DNA from: Balanoglossus misakiensis
Taxonomy: Eukaryota; Animalia; Hemichordata
Assembly (NCBI GenBank): GCA_040954595.2
Contig: CM082596.2
Location: forward strand, 4,395,025-4,459,024
Direction of reading: 5' to 3'
Length of the DNA stretch: 64,000 nt
Part shown: piece by piece, positions 22,260-34,976 of the stretch
Layout: each line of letters starts with the position of its first letter
Position numbering within the stretch: position 1 is the first letter of the stretch
Program-made: the position numbers and the translations under genes
Notes under the pieces: generated by a model
Databases searched by the model: none
Told to the model about the DNA's origin: nothing
Seen by the model: only the letters and a program-made list of their open reading frames with translations

Positions 22260-25200
22260 ATGCCTGTATCATCAAATGAATCTGGCCAAGGTAAGAAAAA
22301 ACGTTTTATGTACAATTTTATGTCATTTTTTGCTCCCATTTGGTATATATGTATATATAATGGGGCTAAATAAACATGAAATTAAGTTAATTTATGATTG
22401 GCTGTGTGTTGTAATTATCCACAAAGTGTTAAAATTAGCCTGTCAAAATTTTCAGAGTACACACATCACAAGTCTTTGATGACTAGCACCTTACAATGGT
22501 CCATTTACGTCACATTGTCTGTTGCGCGTCATCTTCCATTGTTGATATGTAAAGTGATGTAAGCAGGCAGAATGAATGGCCCTGTAGATGGAAATAGCCC
22601 TGTTTTTTTTTTACAGGGGTTCATTCAGCTGAGAAAATTACAGCGATAAATCAAATTTCCACTGCTGCAGTTATTATGTTTAGTTTAGTTTAAGTGTTTT
22701 TATCGTAACGTGTGAAACCTGTCGTTACAAATTTTCAGCGTCATAGCCATTGAAATATAGCATTTGAGTCAAATCTGGTATTTTTTTTTATATTTTAATT
22801 TCAGTTTTGCAGTGATGCGTGTATTGGAAAAATTTATATTTATGCCCATACATGTACATGGAATTAAAAATAGCAGTAGAGTGGAAAATAGAAAAAAAAG
22901 TGAAAATTAAAAAAAAATCGAGCGTAGAACTGGTAAATAGCAAAAACACTGTTATGGTAATTTAAAAACCAATTATAGTTAAATGTGTAACTCGATTCGT
23001 TTTTCGTTCCTGTCAACAACTTGTGTTCACGCAAAAATGTAAAACATGCCAGCACTACTGATTGCAAATTAATTTTACACATGAGAGGTTGCTCTTTATT
23101 TAGTCGAGATATACAATTTCTTGCTACAGAGAATATAGTCAGGGTTTGGAGTTCAGAGGTCACTCTTGGTAGGTTCAGCTTCATGAAATTGTCTCTCCCA
23201 AGGCTAGGTCTTTTTCATTCTACGTTATTTATACTGTCTTTTCTGTGGTACATTCGGGAAGATGGCTGGCGCTTGGCGATGAGAATTGTATTTGATTAAC
23301 CGGGAAAATTGATGGTATGTGCTATAGACAGTTGCCAGGGCAATTTTCGAAAATGACGATATGGGTAATTGGGTCGCTCACCCCCCTGCAGTGGGAATGG
23401 TTTCTCCCAGTGCAACTATAGCTGCCATGATAGCTTGGCGTAGTCTCCCCCAAGGCTTCGGAGTAGTGGCCTTGTAAGTGTCCGCTGTCTTCACTGAGTG
23501 TTGGTTTGTCTCCGGTAGTTTTGAAGACATCTTGGTGATTTTTTAGGTTCTGAGTTTTTTTGACCTTGTTCATTGTCCAGAGAGAATACTAGGTAAGCCT
23601 CACATCTCCTTTACAACAATCGATCGTTGTGGATACCGTTTGAAGTCCACTCACACCTCTTGATGTTGGATGCAAATTATTCATCTGCCGACTAATTTTG
23701 TTTCTTTTTAATCCTTAAACGACAGTACGGTAGAGATTATCCTATAACATAAGGCAGCAGATCACTGACTTGGGAAGTCATGTTTCGGTGTGCAACAGAA
23801 AACAGAAAATTATAACATTGTTTATGATGCTTTCATTGCCATGGCAATATAAGATGGCACAGAGGAAGTCTTAGCTCTCTACGGCTCGCATTAACCATTG
23901 AAACACTGCTTTGGGGAGAGTTTTTTTTTACAGATGAAATTTTTCAGTCATCTGAGGGAAATCGAAAACACCCTTTTCCTTTGCGATGCCAGTGCTGTGA
24001 ATATATATAACCCATGAATGGTAAAATTTAATTACTGGTCACGCACAATGAAAAACTAATTTTATTAGTATGCAGGGAAACAGGCATTCCTCAAACTCAT
24101 GTCAATTTGCAGTGATGTCGATAGGGACTGGTGTTTAGTAAATTCAGAATTTGTTTATTTAAAAAAAATGCTGTTTTTGAACATTTTATATTAAATATAG
24201 CCTCTGAAATGTTGATATTTAGAAATAATTCAATTGTGAAAAAAAAACATGTAAATTTCCTTCTCTCAGAAACATCCAGTCTCTTTTTGTTAAAAAAAAT
24301 GTCTCTTTGGACAGATGTGTTATGACACCTTCAATGGCCGAACCATCTGGGGTTAATTTAATCCTCTTTGATTGACTGTTCTCCGCTCGCTCGTTCATTG
24401 ACTACGCTTGTCTATATTTAGAAACCACTTGACATTTCGCATTTGTGGCAAACATCGATGAAAAGAGGGAAAATACAGTGAAATGCGTACAGGCACATGC
24501 GCGTCTGCCTCGGTTATCAAAACCCGTTATGTTTCACCTACATTGCTAACATAGATAATTGTAAATGGTGTAATCGTTTTTACATCGATATAATCTGCTC
24601 TGATTCATGTTGGTTCCGCAGACTACCAGTACATATGATGGAACTTGTGGCCGTAGTCTTGTGTGCTAAATTCGGATTCATTTTATTAAGTCAGATTTTT
24701 TCCTCTACCCAGCAGGTAGAATTACCATTGACACTTCTTAGAGGTCATGTCAAAGGTCGATGTTAGCCATCCAGGGGGTACGGAACAGCGCTGTTCAGAT
24801 AATATCTGACTTCTCAGCCCTGTGGGAAAAAGTTCCAAGTCACGCCCGTGTACATAATTATACCCCGGAAAGATGTGATATCAGAATGAGATGGCTCGTA
24901 TTACATTCAAATTTGTAGATGATGCCTAATAATAAAATGAAGACTTTGAAAACATGATGAAGAAAAAACTTCATGATATGAGATCTATATCAACTTCATC
25001 AAAATGAATCCAGTCTCAGTTCCCTGTATTGAGGCCTAACATTTCCATAGAAAACAATGGATTTGGACCAAAGTATGGTCGTGAAAGATATCCATTTCAG
25101 AGACTGTACTTCCTATTAATTCTTGAGTCAGGTGTACAGGTAAAACAACATTTAGCATAAAAGAGAAAAAAATGCTTCTATGTGATATCTCTCACATTGA

Positions 25201-28200
25201 TCGGAATTGTGTACATGCACATACACGGCTTGCTGTAATGGGATATATGAAAAAGCCATGGATTACAATTGTATATTAAGCCTGTTTGATATCTACATTC
25301 ATAAATAGTACATTCACTTCTTTCCTCTGATTTATTTACAGCTGCGGTAGACGTAGTGATGGCCAACTTTGATGACTTGCACGACGCTGGCGCCAACGAC
25401 ACCGATCTTATATTCCTCAAAGGACTGATGGATAGCCCCATAGTGAAATCCCTGGTTAAGGTGAGAGCTTCCTGATGTTTCCATGACAATGCAGCATTGC
25501 GCAGATGGTCTGCTCGTAGGCATTAACTGTGTTTTGAAAATTAAGGTTTAAAAAAGAATTTAAATTGAACAATTAGCATGCTAGGGAGATGCAATGTTTC
25601 TACTCCGACTGATTGATTGATTGGGTAATTTTAAAATTAGCCTAGATAATCAGATAAGGAGATGACTGAGGGAATTTGCTGAGCACGTTTTTACAAAAAA
25701 CTGACATGACGATATCCTTGTAAATATTAATGGGTCCTGCCGGATTTGCAGTAAATCAAATAAATTCTCGTTATTAATCCTATTCAATAATTGATCGCTT
25801 GTGTAAGTGATTTCTGAGTTTCAAAATGAGAAATCTTATGCCACCTGAGATCTATGTTTTGTGCATATCAGTGCAATTAGCTGAGATGCACGACTCTGCT
25901 GAATGCTGATATATATCAGGACATTAAAAACATTTGGGTTTCGGTTATTCCACAGCTGAGGTTTCAGAGAGGAATTGATTCGACGAGGTCATAGAACGAT
26001 TTTGAATTATTATTGAATTGAAAGAAAATCGTCTGTCAATGTTCTCCATTCTTCTATGTCCAACATGTCGATGGACGCACAATGTTAAGTGATGTACAAA
26101 AAAGCCCCATGCTGTTTTGCCATTCAAATTCAAATTTCTGCTTTTCTTCTCGTGTCATTGAAGTAATCACCGATTGTACACATTGTCTGGTACACGTCCA
26201 TGGAATACAAATTGGAATTTGAAAAGCATCGCCACTGAAGTATTCAGTACAAAATCTGGTGATGCTCTCCACAGGTTTTAACCCTTTCACCCCCAGTTCC
26301 CTATTTAGAGGTCGAACTTTACCATAGAAAACCATGGATTTGGACTGAACCATGGTGGTGAAAGGGTTAAGCTCCAGTAAAATTAAGGGTAGGGATTGTC
26401 CCATCTGTAACTGCACGTATGGGTCCCCATATGACACGATTGCTAGCAAGAGTACAGCTGCAATGTACATCATAGCAAACAATGTGTTTGTCACTTTGTA
26501 CATGTCTTACACTGTACATCAAGGCAAACAAGTCATAGTTACTTTTCATCACATTTGCAATTTACTTGATGTATTTATTTTGCTTTTTGCTGGCAGGCTC
26601 ATGACAGACTGGAGGACTCGGAACTACAAGCTGTTAGTGATAGAAATGTAGAGTTAGTCGAAGATGTCATTGAAGATCTGAAGCCCGTTGTCTATGATGA
26701 CGATGATGCGGCGGAGTTGGCTGGATTACTTCAGGAACCGTATTTCATGGTGAGTTTGAGATCAGTGGTCATTCGAGCAGAACATTGTATGGGAAATTAC
26801 ATTGCTGTGTGCATGTATACACACATACATGACATGAAAAATTCCTGTGTATATGTGAACCCTAATTACACGTAAGGTTCAGTGATCAGTGTATCATCTA
26901 ACCACACAACTACCTTCAACATACCTCCTGATGTACCATATCCTATTTCTCCAGCCTGACCGCATACTCGTCATGTCTCATTGTGTTTTCACAGTCACTG
27001 GTGGATACCCACGATGCCGTGGCAGCTCGATCCTACAAGACACCTCCGCCCTCGCCGATGGTCTTGCCGTCACCGTTCCCACCATTTCCGGACCCGGACC
27101 CGATCAGAATGGTCGGAATACGCAAGGGCAAGGACGAACCACTGGTGAGTGTGGAGTCGGAGTTTATATCCAGTATCACTATCAGACCTATTTGCGCACA
27201 GGAGAGCTTCCTATCAGCATGTATCTTTACAGTGTTTTGATGCTTTGTTTTCAGGGTCTGACCATCAAACAAGAAAATGATGAACTGGTCATTGCAAGAA
27301 TTCTTCAGGGAGGGGCTATTGACAAACAAGGTAAGGTTAGACTGTGTACAGAGCATTGCCCAGAGGATGTGTGGGCAACTGCCCCAAGAATGCCATATGT
27401 GCATGTACTGGTTTTGTGGCTGCCATGTGACTTCAGATCACTGTGCCAACAGTGTGAAATCAATCAATCAGCCCAATCAATCAAACAAGAAACCCAATCA
27501 ATCGATCAACCCAATTAATCAATCAAACAAGCAGGCCAATAGTTACATGTTGATCCATTTGTCTCCACACCCAGGCCTGTTACACGTTGGTGATATCATC
27601 AAAGAGTTCAACAACGTGGATGTCTCCAATGACCCGGACAAACTGCAGGAGCTCATGAAACACGCAACAGGAAGCATCACCCTGAAGATACTGCCCAGTT
27701 ACCAAGACAACCCAGTCACAGCGCAGGTCAGTGAGTCCTCCGTTTCTCGGAAGCCACCGATGTTCCGAGCGGGAAAAAATGTTGGAGGTCAAATCGCAGA
27801 TAAGGCTGCATTCACAAACACCTCTGGAGGGGGGGGCGGGAGAATTCAAATTTTTTTACCGCTAATTTTCACATGCCCCCCTTCCGAACTGCCAATATTT
27901 TCAAATCCCCCCCTTCCGAACTGCCAAAATTTTGAAATCCCCCCCCCCCATTTTCTTTCACTGAGCAAAACACATCACCTATCTATCTTGTAAAAAGAAA
28001 AACAGCGCTCCCATGAAAAGAATTTGAAACTGATGTTTTCCCTCATCAGTGGGTATTAAAACTGAACATTGTTTTTATTTTTTAAGTACATATATTTGTA
28101 TTCTGTGTTGGGAGACATTGTAAACCGAGAATTGAAGGGGGTGGGTTTGGGAGGGGGTGTCCCCCTCCCACGTAAGAAAATTTTCTAAAATACAGAGCTC

Positions 28201-30508
28201 AAAGCTGCATTTTAATGAACCCGGCAAAAGCAAATTAACTCAACTACCGGTATGTTGGGGAGGACAAATTTAACCGTCGCTGCTCAAAGTTATCATGGGG
28301 TGGGGGCAAGTCCCCTGACCTGGGTTACTAGATAAACCAGTCAATGATTGAAAGGTGTTGATGAATGGAGGGGGTGGGTGTGGGAGGGGGTGTCCCCCTC
28401 CCACATTAGAAAATTTTGTAAAATAAAGGGCGCGAAACTGCATTTTTGTGGACTCAAAATAAATATTTAGTCGTTAAAGTTTTCAAGTCCCCCCCTTTCA
28501 GTCCCTAAATTATTTCAAATCCCCCCCCTTACATACCCTCAATTTTTTCAAATCCCCCCCCTCAATTCTCCCGCCCCCCCCTCCAGAGGTGTTTGTGAAT
28601 GCAGCCTAAATCAAGTGTGATTCGTAGTTTGAGTTTGTCAGTGTTGTCAAGGCAGCTGAAAACTGCTTGACAAAAATGTGTTTACAACAACGGTTACTCG
28701 TGTTGCATACAGTCTCTGGAATCATCCTGACACTTTGTCACGGATCAAAATGCCTATTGTTTATATGAATTTTCCTAAACTTCTTTTCTAGGTGTTCATG
28801 AAATGTCACTTCAACTATGATCCCAGCAAAGACACCTTGATACCCTGTCAGGACGCGGGACTGCCTTTCAAACGAGGCGACATTCTACAGATTGTCGACC
28901 AGGAAGATTCCAACTGGTGGCAGGTAGGAACTGATACTGTTGTCTGTGTGGAATTACGATGAAACCAGTTTGAGCCGCATGGGTTCATCTCGGCGGACAT
29001 GTTGGATTTTAATTGAACACAACATTCTCGTTTCAGGCACGGCACATGGATGATGGTTCCCCAGCAGGTCTGATCCCCAGTCAGCAACTGGAAGAGAGGA
29101 GGAAAGCTTTCGTCCCTCAGGTCTACGATTATACGGGTACAAAAAGTAAGTCTAGACTGGAAATAGTAGTTTGCAAGCCCATTCATTCAATGCATGATAG
29201 ATAGATACTTGATATGTGTTTGAGAAAGAAATGTAGATATTAATTTATGTTCTTTTGCAGTGTGCGGTACATTCAGTACAAAGAAGAAGAGGAAAACTTT
29301 ATACGAGGCCGGCAGGAATCAGGATTTTGATCGTCACGAGTTGATGATCTACGAGGAGGTTGCCCGCATGCCGCCGTTCCAGCGTAAGACTCTGGTGATT
29401 ATCGGCGCTCAGGGTGTCGGCCGTAGAACGCTGAAGAACAAACTGATCAGCCATGATCCCTCGCGCTTTGGAACCACCATGCCTTGTAAGTTGTCTGTCG
29501 TACCTGACGCATGCAATCCCACTGAAGCATTTTTGTGACCCCCTACACATGGCCTCGCATCTTGGCATTATTCTACTGTGATTTGATTTAGAAACCCTGT
29601 AACAATCAATATACCGGTAACATTGAATTCTGTACTAAATTTTGCTGTTCTGGTGTTGGACAACTCTTTGTTGGTTCACCTCTATACTAGTATAACCCCC
29701 ACCCACCCCCCTTCCTTTTGTCTCAGACACTTCCAGGGCCCCCAGAGAGGGGGAGGAGGATGGGCGCGGCTATCACTTTGTCACCAAGGGTGACATGCAG
29801 GAAGACATCAGGGCTGGCCGATTTTTGGAGTTCGGGGAGTACGACGGCAATTTGTACGGCACAAAGATCGACTCGATCCAAAGCATTATCAGAGGTGGAA
29901 AAATGTGCGTGCTAGATGTCAACGCCCAGGTGAGACTATTTTCTCTCTTTCTGCCGTGAGGTAAAAAAAATATATGTAAATGTTTGGCAGAATCCTGTAC
30001 ATGTATTTGTGGTTTTATTGTCACTAACTCTCTATCTCTCTCCTCATTAAAGTGCTTAAAGACACTGAAGACTGCCGAATTCATGCCTCACGTCGTCTTT
30101 GTAGCCGCCCCCGACCTGGAAGTGTTGAGAGCTCTTCACCATGCTGCCGAGGATGAGGGAACAACAACAAAACCTGTCACGGTAAGCAGCAACTTCCACC
30201 CGCTCACCAACAAAATTGGTCTGGCCCCATTGTTTTCAATGGGTGGATGGCAGCTATTGAAGTTTGCCATGGCAAAAAAATCTCTGATTGATTTGATTAA
30301 TTCCTTCTGAACTTCTTTCTTAAACTTTCAGGATCTTGATCTCCAAAAGACAGTGGAGGAAAGCGCTCGCATCCAACGCATGTACGCCCACCACTTTGAT
30401 CTCACAATCGTCAACAACAACATCGATGAAGCGTTCGACCAACTGATGGACTCGGTAGAACAGCTGAGTTCGGCTCCGCAGTGGGTCCCTGTCAACTGGG
30501 TCTACTAA
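22260..30508 (+). CDS. MPP6: MAGUK p55 subfamily scaffold (MPP2/MPP6-PALS2/varicose type): L27, PDZ, SH3, HOOK, guanylate kinase; 12 coding exons
   Basis: Exons 22260-22290 ([10 protein letters not shown]), 25342-25460 ([19 protein letters not shown]), 26597-26749 (AHDRLED), 26995-27144, 27255-27330 ([12 protein letters not shown]), 27575-27726 ([11 protein letters not shown]), 28792-28923 (SH3, DSNWWQ), 29037-29145, 29261-29485 ([11 protein letters not shown]), 29727-29929, 30053-30181 and 30332-30508 (QWVPVNWVY*). Probably a co-ortholog of vertebrate MPP2 and MPP6. Confidence 0.95.
25017..25087. mobile_element. Diverged copy of the 85-bp piggyBac-like element
   Basis: CAGTTCCCTGTATTGAGG...CCATAGAAAACAATGGATTTGGAC...ATGGTCGTGAAAG aligns by eye with the 26282 copy. 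Confidence 0.6.
26278..26370. mobile_element. 85-bp piggyBac-like miniature element with TTAA target duplication
   Basis: TTAA-CCCTTTCACC...GGTGAAAGGG-TTAA, element body 26282-26366. Related copies at 6699-6727, 19541-19603, 25017-25087 and 37655-37746. Confidence 0.8.
27804..28606. mobile_element. 803-bp non-autonomous PIF/Harbinger-type MITE in a MAGUK intron
   Basis: ~43-bp terminal inverted repeats GGCTGCATTCACAAACACCTCTGGAGGGGGGGGCGGGAGAATT, with TAA on both flanks (27801-27803 and 28607-28609). An internal ~55-bp direct repeat lies at ~28137 and ~28370. No ORF. Confidence 0.9.
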
Positions 30509-32711
30509 ATCACCCCTAAGCCCCCCTCTAGTTTCGCTTGACATGGAATGATCCTGTGCTTTATGAATTAAAACCAGCCCAACCATTAATAACAGAAAGG
30601 GGGAGTTTCAGGGGTACATTTTTTCAGAGTAGTTTATTTTTATAGCCAAGTATTGTACAATTCTTAATCCGGGGAAAAAACTAAGAAGTTGAGTATTTGA
30701 TAATTTTTAATCATGACACTTTTATTACAAGGGAGTGGGGAAGGAGGGTGCCATGTTTTTGGGCCCAATGAGCTGCCACGTTTTGCTTTTAGAATTATTA
30801 TTGTATTAGAATCTTCACAAATTCAAAATGGTGTCATTCATCAGGTTAGGGTAAGGAGGCAAATATCATGAAAAAATGTGCAGAAAACTTGTGGCAGTTC
30901 ATGGAGGTTTAATGGAACTGTTTAAATATCTCAGGTGCAAGTCTCTTCAATTGAACACTAATGTAAAAGTAAATGTAGAAGTTGTATAGTCAAGATGTGC
31001 TGCAAGGACAAGGATTCTACAACACAACTTCCTTGCAGTTCCTATAGCAACTACCATACACAGTGCGTGGATGCAGTCACACTTATACAGGGGAAAAAAA
31101 CTGACTTTACATAATTTCTATGCATTTTGGCAGTAATGTTTAAACAGCACTGAAATATCTCGGAATTCTCTCCCACTTTGCCAAAAATGGTTTTTATATT
31201 CTCCAGTGATTTCTTAAAAGCCAAACTTGAAGATCTCTGGTATGTTTTGAGACCTTGCTAGAAGAAGAAAAACTTACTAACAGACGACTTTACACAGTTT
31301 TACAAACCTTTAAAATCTCAGATGAGACAAATCAAACCTAATTAAGGATTTTTAATGTAATGCGACCTTTTTAAAAGCCAAATATTTTAAAATTTGCTCC
31401 ACAATGAATGTCTGTGTTGTTTGGCAGCAGTTGTGATATTTATAGGAATTTGTGAATTCAAGCAAACTTCTAGATATGTGCACTAATTTTTTTTATGATC
31501 CCCTTTGAATATTCTACACATTCATGGAATCTCACCATAAACAAATTTAAACAAGACTAGAGAATACATTGTTTTGCGACAAAATAGAATTTTTTTTGCT
31601 GTTATGATGATGGAGTTTGTTAGCATTTTAGAAGTATTTATTAACATTTTGTAACTTGCCCTCTAAAGTTGGTATTCTTGTATTTTTGCTTTTTTATTTC
31701 ATATTTTATATTTTCTAACTATAGTTTCTAACTTATTCGTCGTTGATTGAGGTGGCTGTTTTGTGCCTGTCTCATTTAACCTCATGGACAATCAGTTGTA
31801 AATTCCTGCAGGCCCCAGAATTCTTATCACTCCGAGTGATGTCATGAAGAAGTTGGAGAAAATCTGGACCATTCCTTTTACAAAGATAGGGGGGCAGGCG
31901 ACTACTGTTCATGTTGGAATCTTCGCTCTAGTATGTGACTGTATATTTCTGGTGATACATATTTTATTTGGATTCGTCTTGTTGTAAAATATTATGCTGT
32001 GTATCAGAATTCTATCTGCTGGGGTTTTAAAATCTTTTTAATAAAAAAATACACCAGCATTAATAAATTCAAAGGTGGTATCTTCAAAAGGCATTTCTCA
32101 ATTCAAGATTCCAGCACCTGTGAACTTTGCAATATCAAATCAGAGATCTTTGATTGGATGTAAGTTAAGTACGTATTTTTGACGTGTTTCTCTAAATTTC
32201 GTAATTTCACTATATCCATAAGTACCTATGGTGCTTGTTTTAGGTTGTTTACCTGATGAAATGGCTTGTTTCAGCCGGTTTATCGTCGGTTGACTCGTTT
32301 CAACATTTATCATATGCCCATTGGAAATTAAGGAAATGTATCTGTCGCGGTGCATCAAAGTGACGGAACAGCACGTTGCCTTACAATAATCATGATAATC
32401 AAAAGACATTTTCATGATTTGGGTAAAATAAGGTCTTTTCTTTTTGTAGTTTTGCAACATTTGCAGTCAAATAATTGGCCACTTTCACGCACTCTGTCAG
32501 AGGTGTCTGCTTTGATTGCCATTACATTTCTGTTTTTGAGACAGAAAGGCCACTCAAATGTATAAAGCCGAATAACCTTTTCGAGCACCTTGTCAGGAGG
32601 ACGCTTCCATTAAAATTGATGTCTTGATACCCATGAGAGTTATTCTTTTTTCATTTTTACCTTTTATACCTTTGGTACTGGTACTTTTGTTGAATGCACA
32701 GCCATTGTACC

Positions 32712-34426
32712 TCATGGATTCCTGTAAAAATCGTGTTTTGAACCTTGTGACCTCTGGTTTCTCATCGCTCTCTTTGCTTTGATGCTGGATAAATTCTCGT
32801 ACGCCTTTTGAATTTCCATGAATTTCTCGGCCACTTCTTCCCGGTTCTGTTGATGTCTGTCCGGATGCCATTCCTTCACCAGTTTCCGGTACTGCTTTGT
32901 GATCTCCTCCTGCGATGCACCAGGTTCCAAACCGAGCACCTACCATACAGAGAACACACTGAGATTCAGACAAGCACGACCTGTATAGCGCCCTTTCATT
33001 AAGGCTGGCTACTGTATTCTGTCTCCCTAGCCAACAAGACAAATTCTTTGGATAAGTACCAAACCATTAATTTAAAGATTAGTGATTTTGACACAAGTCA
33101 GGCCACTTAGGCTACCTGACACCAGCCGTATCAGCTCCAGGATGTTGTCATGACAACAACAGTTCCCATCTCCACTCTTTCCTTACCTGATATGCATTCC
33201 TTTCTCCGAGCGGATCCAGGGACTCCACAAACTCCTCGTAGAGTTTGTCCCATCCGTGCGCACATCCTCTCTCATACAATCTAGACGTAGTCTCCTTGAA
33301 ATCCTGCCAGGCGGGTGAATTGTAGAAGTTTGTGATGGCGTCTCGCAGCTTGATGGTTTCCCCGTCGGCCGTGGTCACCGATGCATTGTTACCCAGGAAC
33401 AGTAACCAAAGCAGGATTACCACTGACCCTGCAAGGTGATTAAATAATTCATGAAGTTCTCGAAATTTGATAGCTAATTTAATAGTAAATTACACAATTT
33501 GAATTATGGGTAACAACAATTAAATAATAATATGACGATTTTTATTAAATTAATTTCAATACATATGTACTTCGGATGGTGATTTGTTTAATACCAGTGA
33601 GAATGGGCTGTATCATGCATACACATACATTACCAGACTCAATGATGTTGAAAACGAAAGTGAAAGAGAACGTAGATATTTTTCTGGGTATTTGGTGTGT
33701 GTCAGCGTGAAGAAGAGAAAATGTATGTGGATTGTGGAACATATTGAAAGGACCAGTCACATGAAAGTAAAAGAAAAAAGACATTGTAAACACGAATACT
33801 AATACACATAATATACTTTTCTTACCTCCAGCTCCAAGAATGGTGATCCTCGAACAACAATTTCTCTTCCGCCTTATTATATGTCGATAAGATCTGTAGT
33901 ACTGGGCGGTCAAAGCACAGGCTACCGCCAGGTATACTATGGAATTTGGGTTTGCAAATATGAAAACGGAAAATACATACGCGGCTAATACTATAAATTT
34001 GAACGGACTCTGTTCTCTGCCAATATTTGAAACAATGTGAACACCGATCGCCACCGCTGCGGGGACTAGAATTACCCGAATGAATTTGTATTTTTCGTCC
34101 AGCTCTTCCGGGACAGCTAATAAAGCCAAGTACCCGAATAACGATCCGACCAACAGTTGACCAGCAAATCGGGCCCCGTTGAACGGAGGTTTCTTGTACG
34201 ATCGCATACACTCCACCAAAACTCTCATATATTCTGCTGCTTCGTTAGCGTCCGCCACATAATCAGGTATTCGCCAAGCATCTCTCAGCCACCCGATGCC
34301 GAAGCCACCTCCGAAAGTTGCCCACCACACGAAGGCATGTCTGTCTCGGCCCAGGTAGAAGTGGTGCAGGCCGAGCCAACCGAAGACAAGCCACAGAAGA
34401 TACGCAATAAGTAGACTTTTCGCCAT
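32712..34426 (-). CDS. DNAJC22: DnaJ homolog subfamily C member 22 (wurst): TM2 domain, several TM segments, C-terminal J domain; 3 exons
   Basis: Exons 34426-33826, 33428-33187 and 32939-32712. N-terminus MAKSLLIAYLLWLVFGWLGLHHFYLGRDRHAFVWW (TM2); J domain VLGL...YRKLVKEWHPD...KFMEIQKAYENLS. Confidence 0.96.
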
Positions 34427-34976
34427 AGTGGCTGTCGTTCACACGAGCACAGTTGATGTGCCTAAACCAGCGCGATTTCTCGAGACGTAAATCTCAACAA
34501 AAAACGGTCATGTCACTATATATTACTTCCAAGAACAACAAACCCGGAAGTAGCATGTGTCAAAACAAGATTGGCTAAGTAGACTCCCTAGGTTCATCTT
34601 CACTCAACCAGAAATTGATTAATTTCACTCTCGTTCATTAAACGTCCCTGTATGCGAACATTTTTGCAAATTTATCCCATTCTCGTCACTTGAGCCACTT
34701 TTATAACATTTTCATCAAATAAATGCAGGTATAGACATCAAAATGCGAAAATTGTACGAGAAAATATTGAGTAAACAAACACATGTGCCACCTAGCTTTC
34801 CCACAAAAGTTAGTTTACTGTTTCCATGTCTGAGGTCAGAGGTCAGCTGACTACATGTACATGTACATTACACTTGTACGATTTCTTTTCTATTTTTAAC
34901 GCTAAGACGCAGGAAATGAATTCTAGATAATGAACATAATCCGAAATGATATATTTTACTAGTAAACAGTTGACAA

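Noticed and set aside
26889-27993. 209-aa and 238-aa ORFs as independent genes
   Set aside because: Read-through of MAGUK exons into introns and the MITE; only the spliced parts are MAGUK-like.
33545-33825. C-terminal extension of the 293-aa DNAJC22 ORF
   Set aside because: It lies past the donor at 33825, and splicing to 33428 restores the conserved protein.
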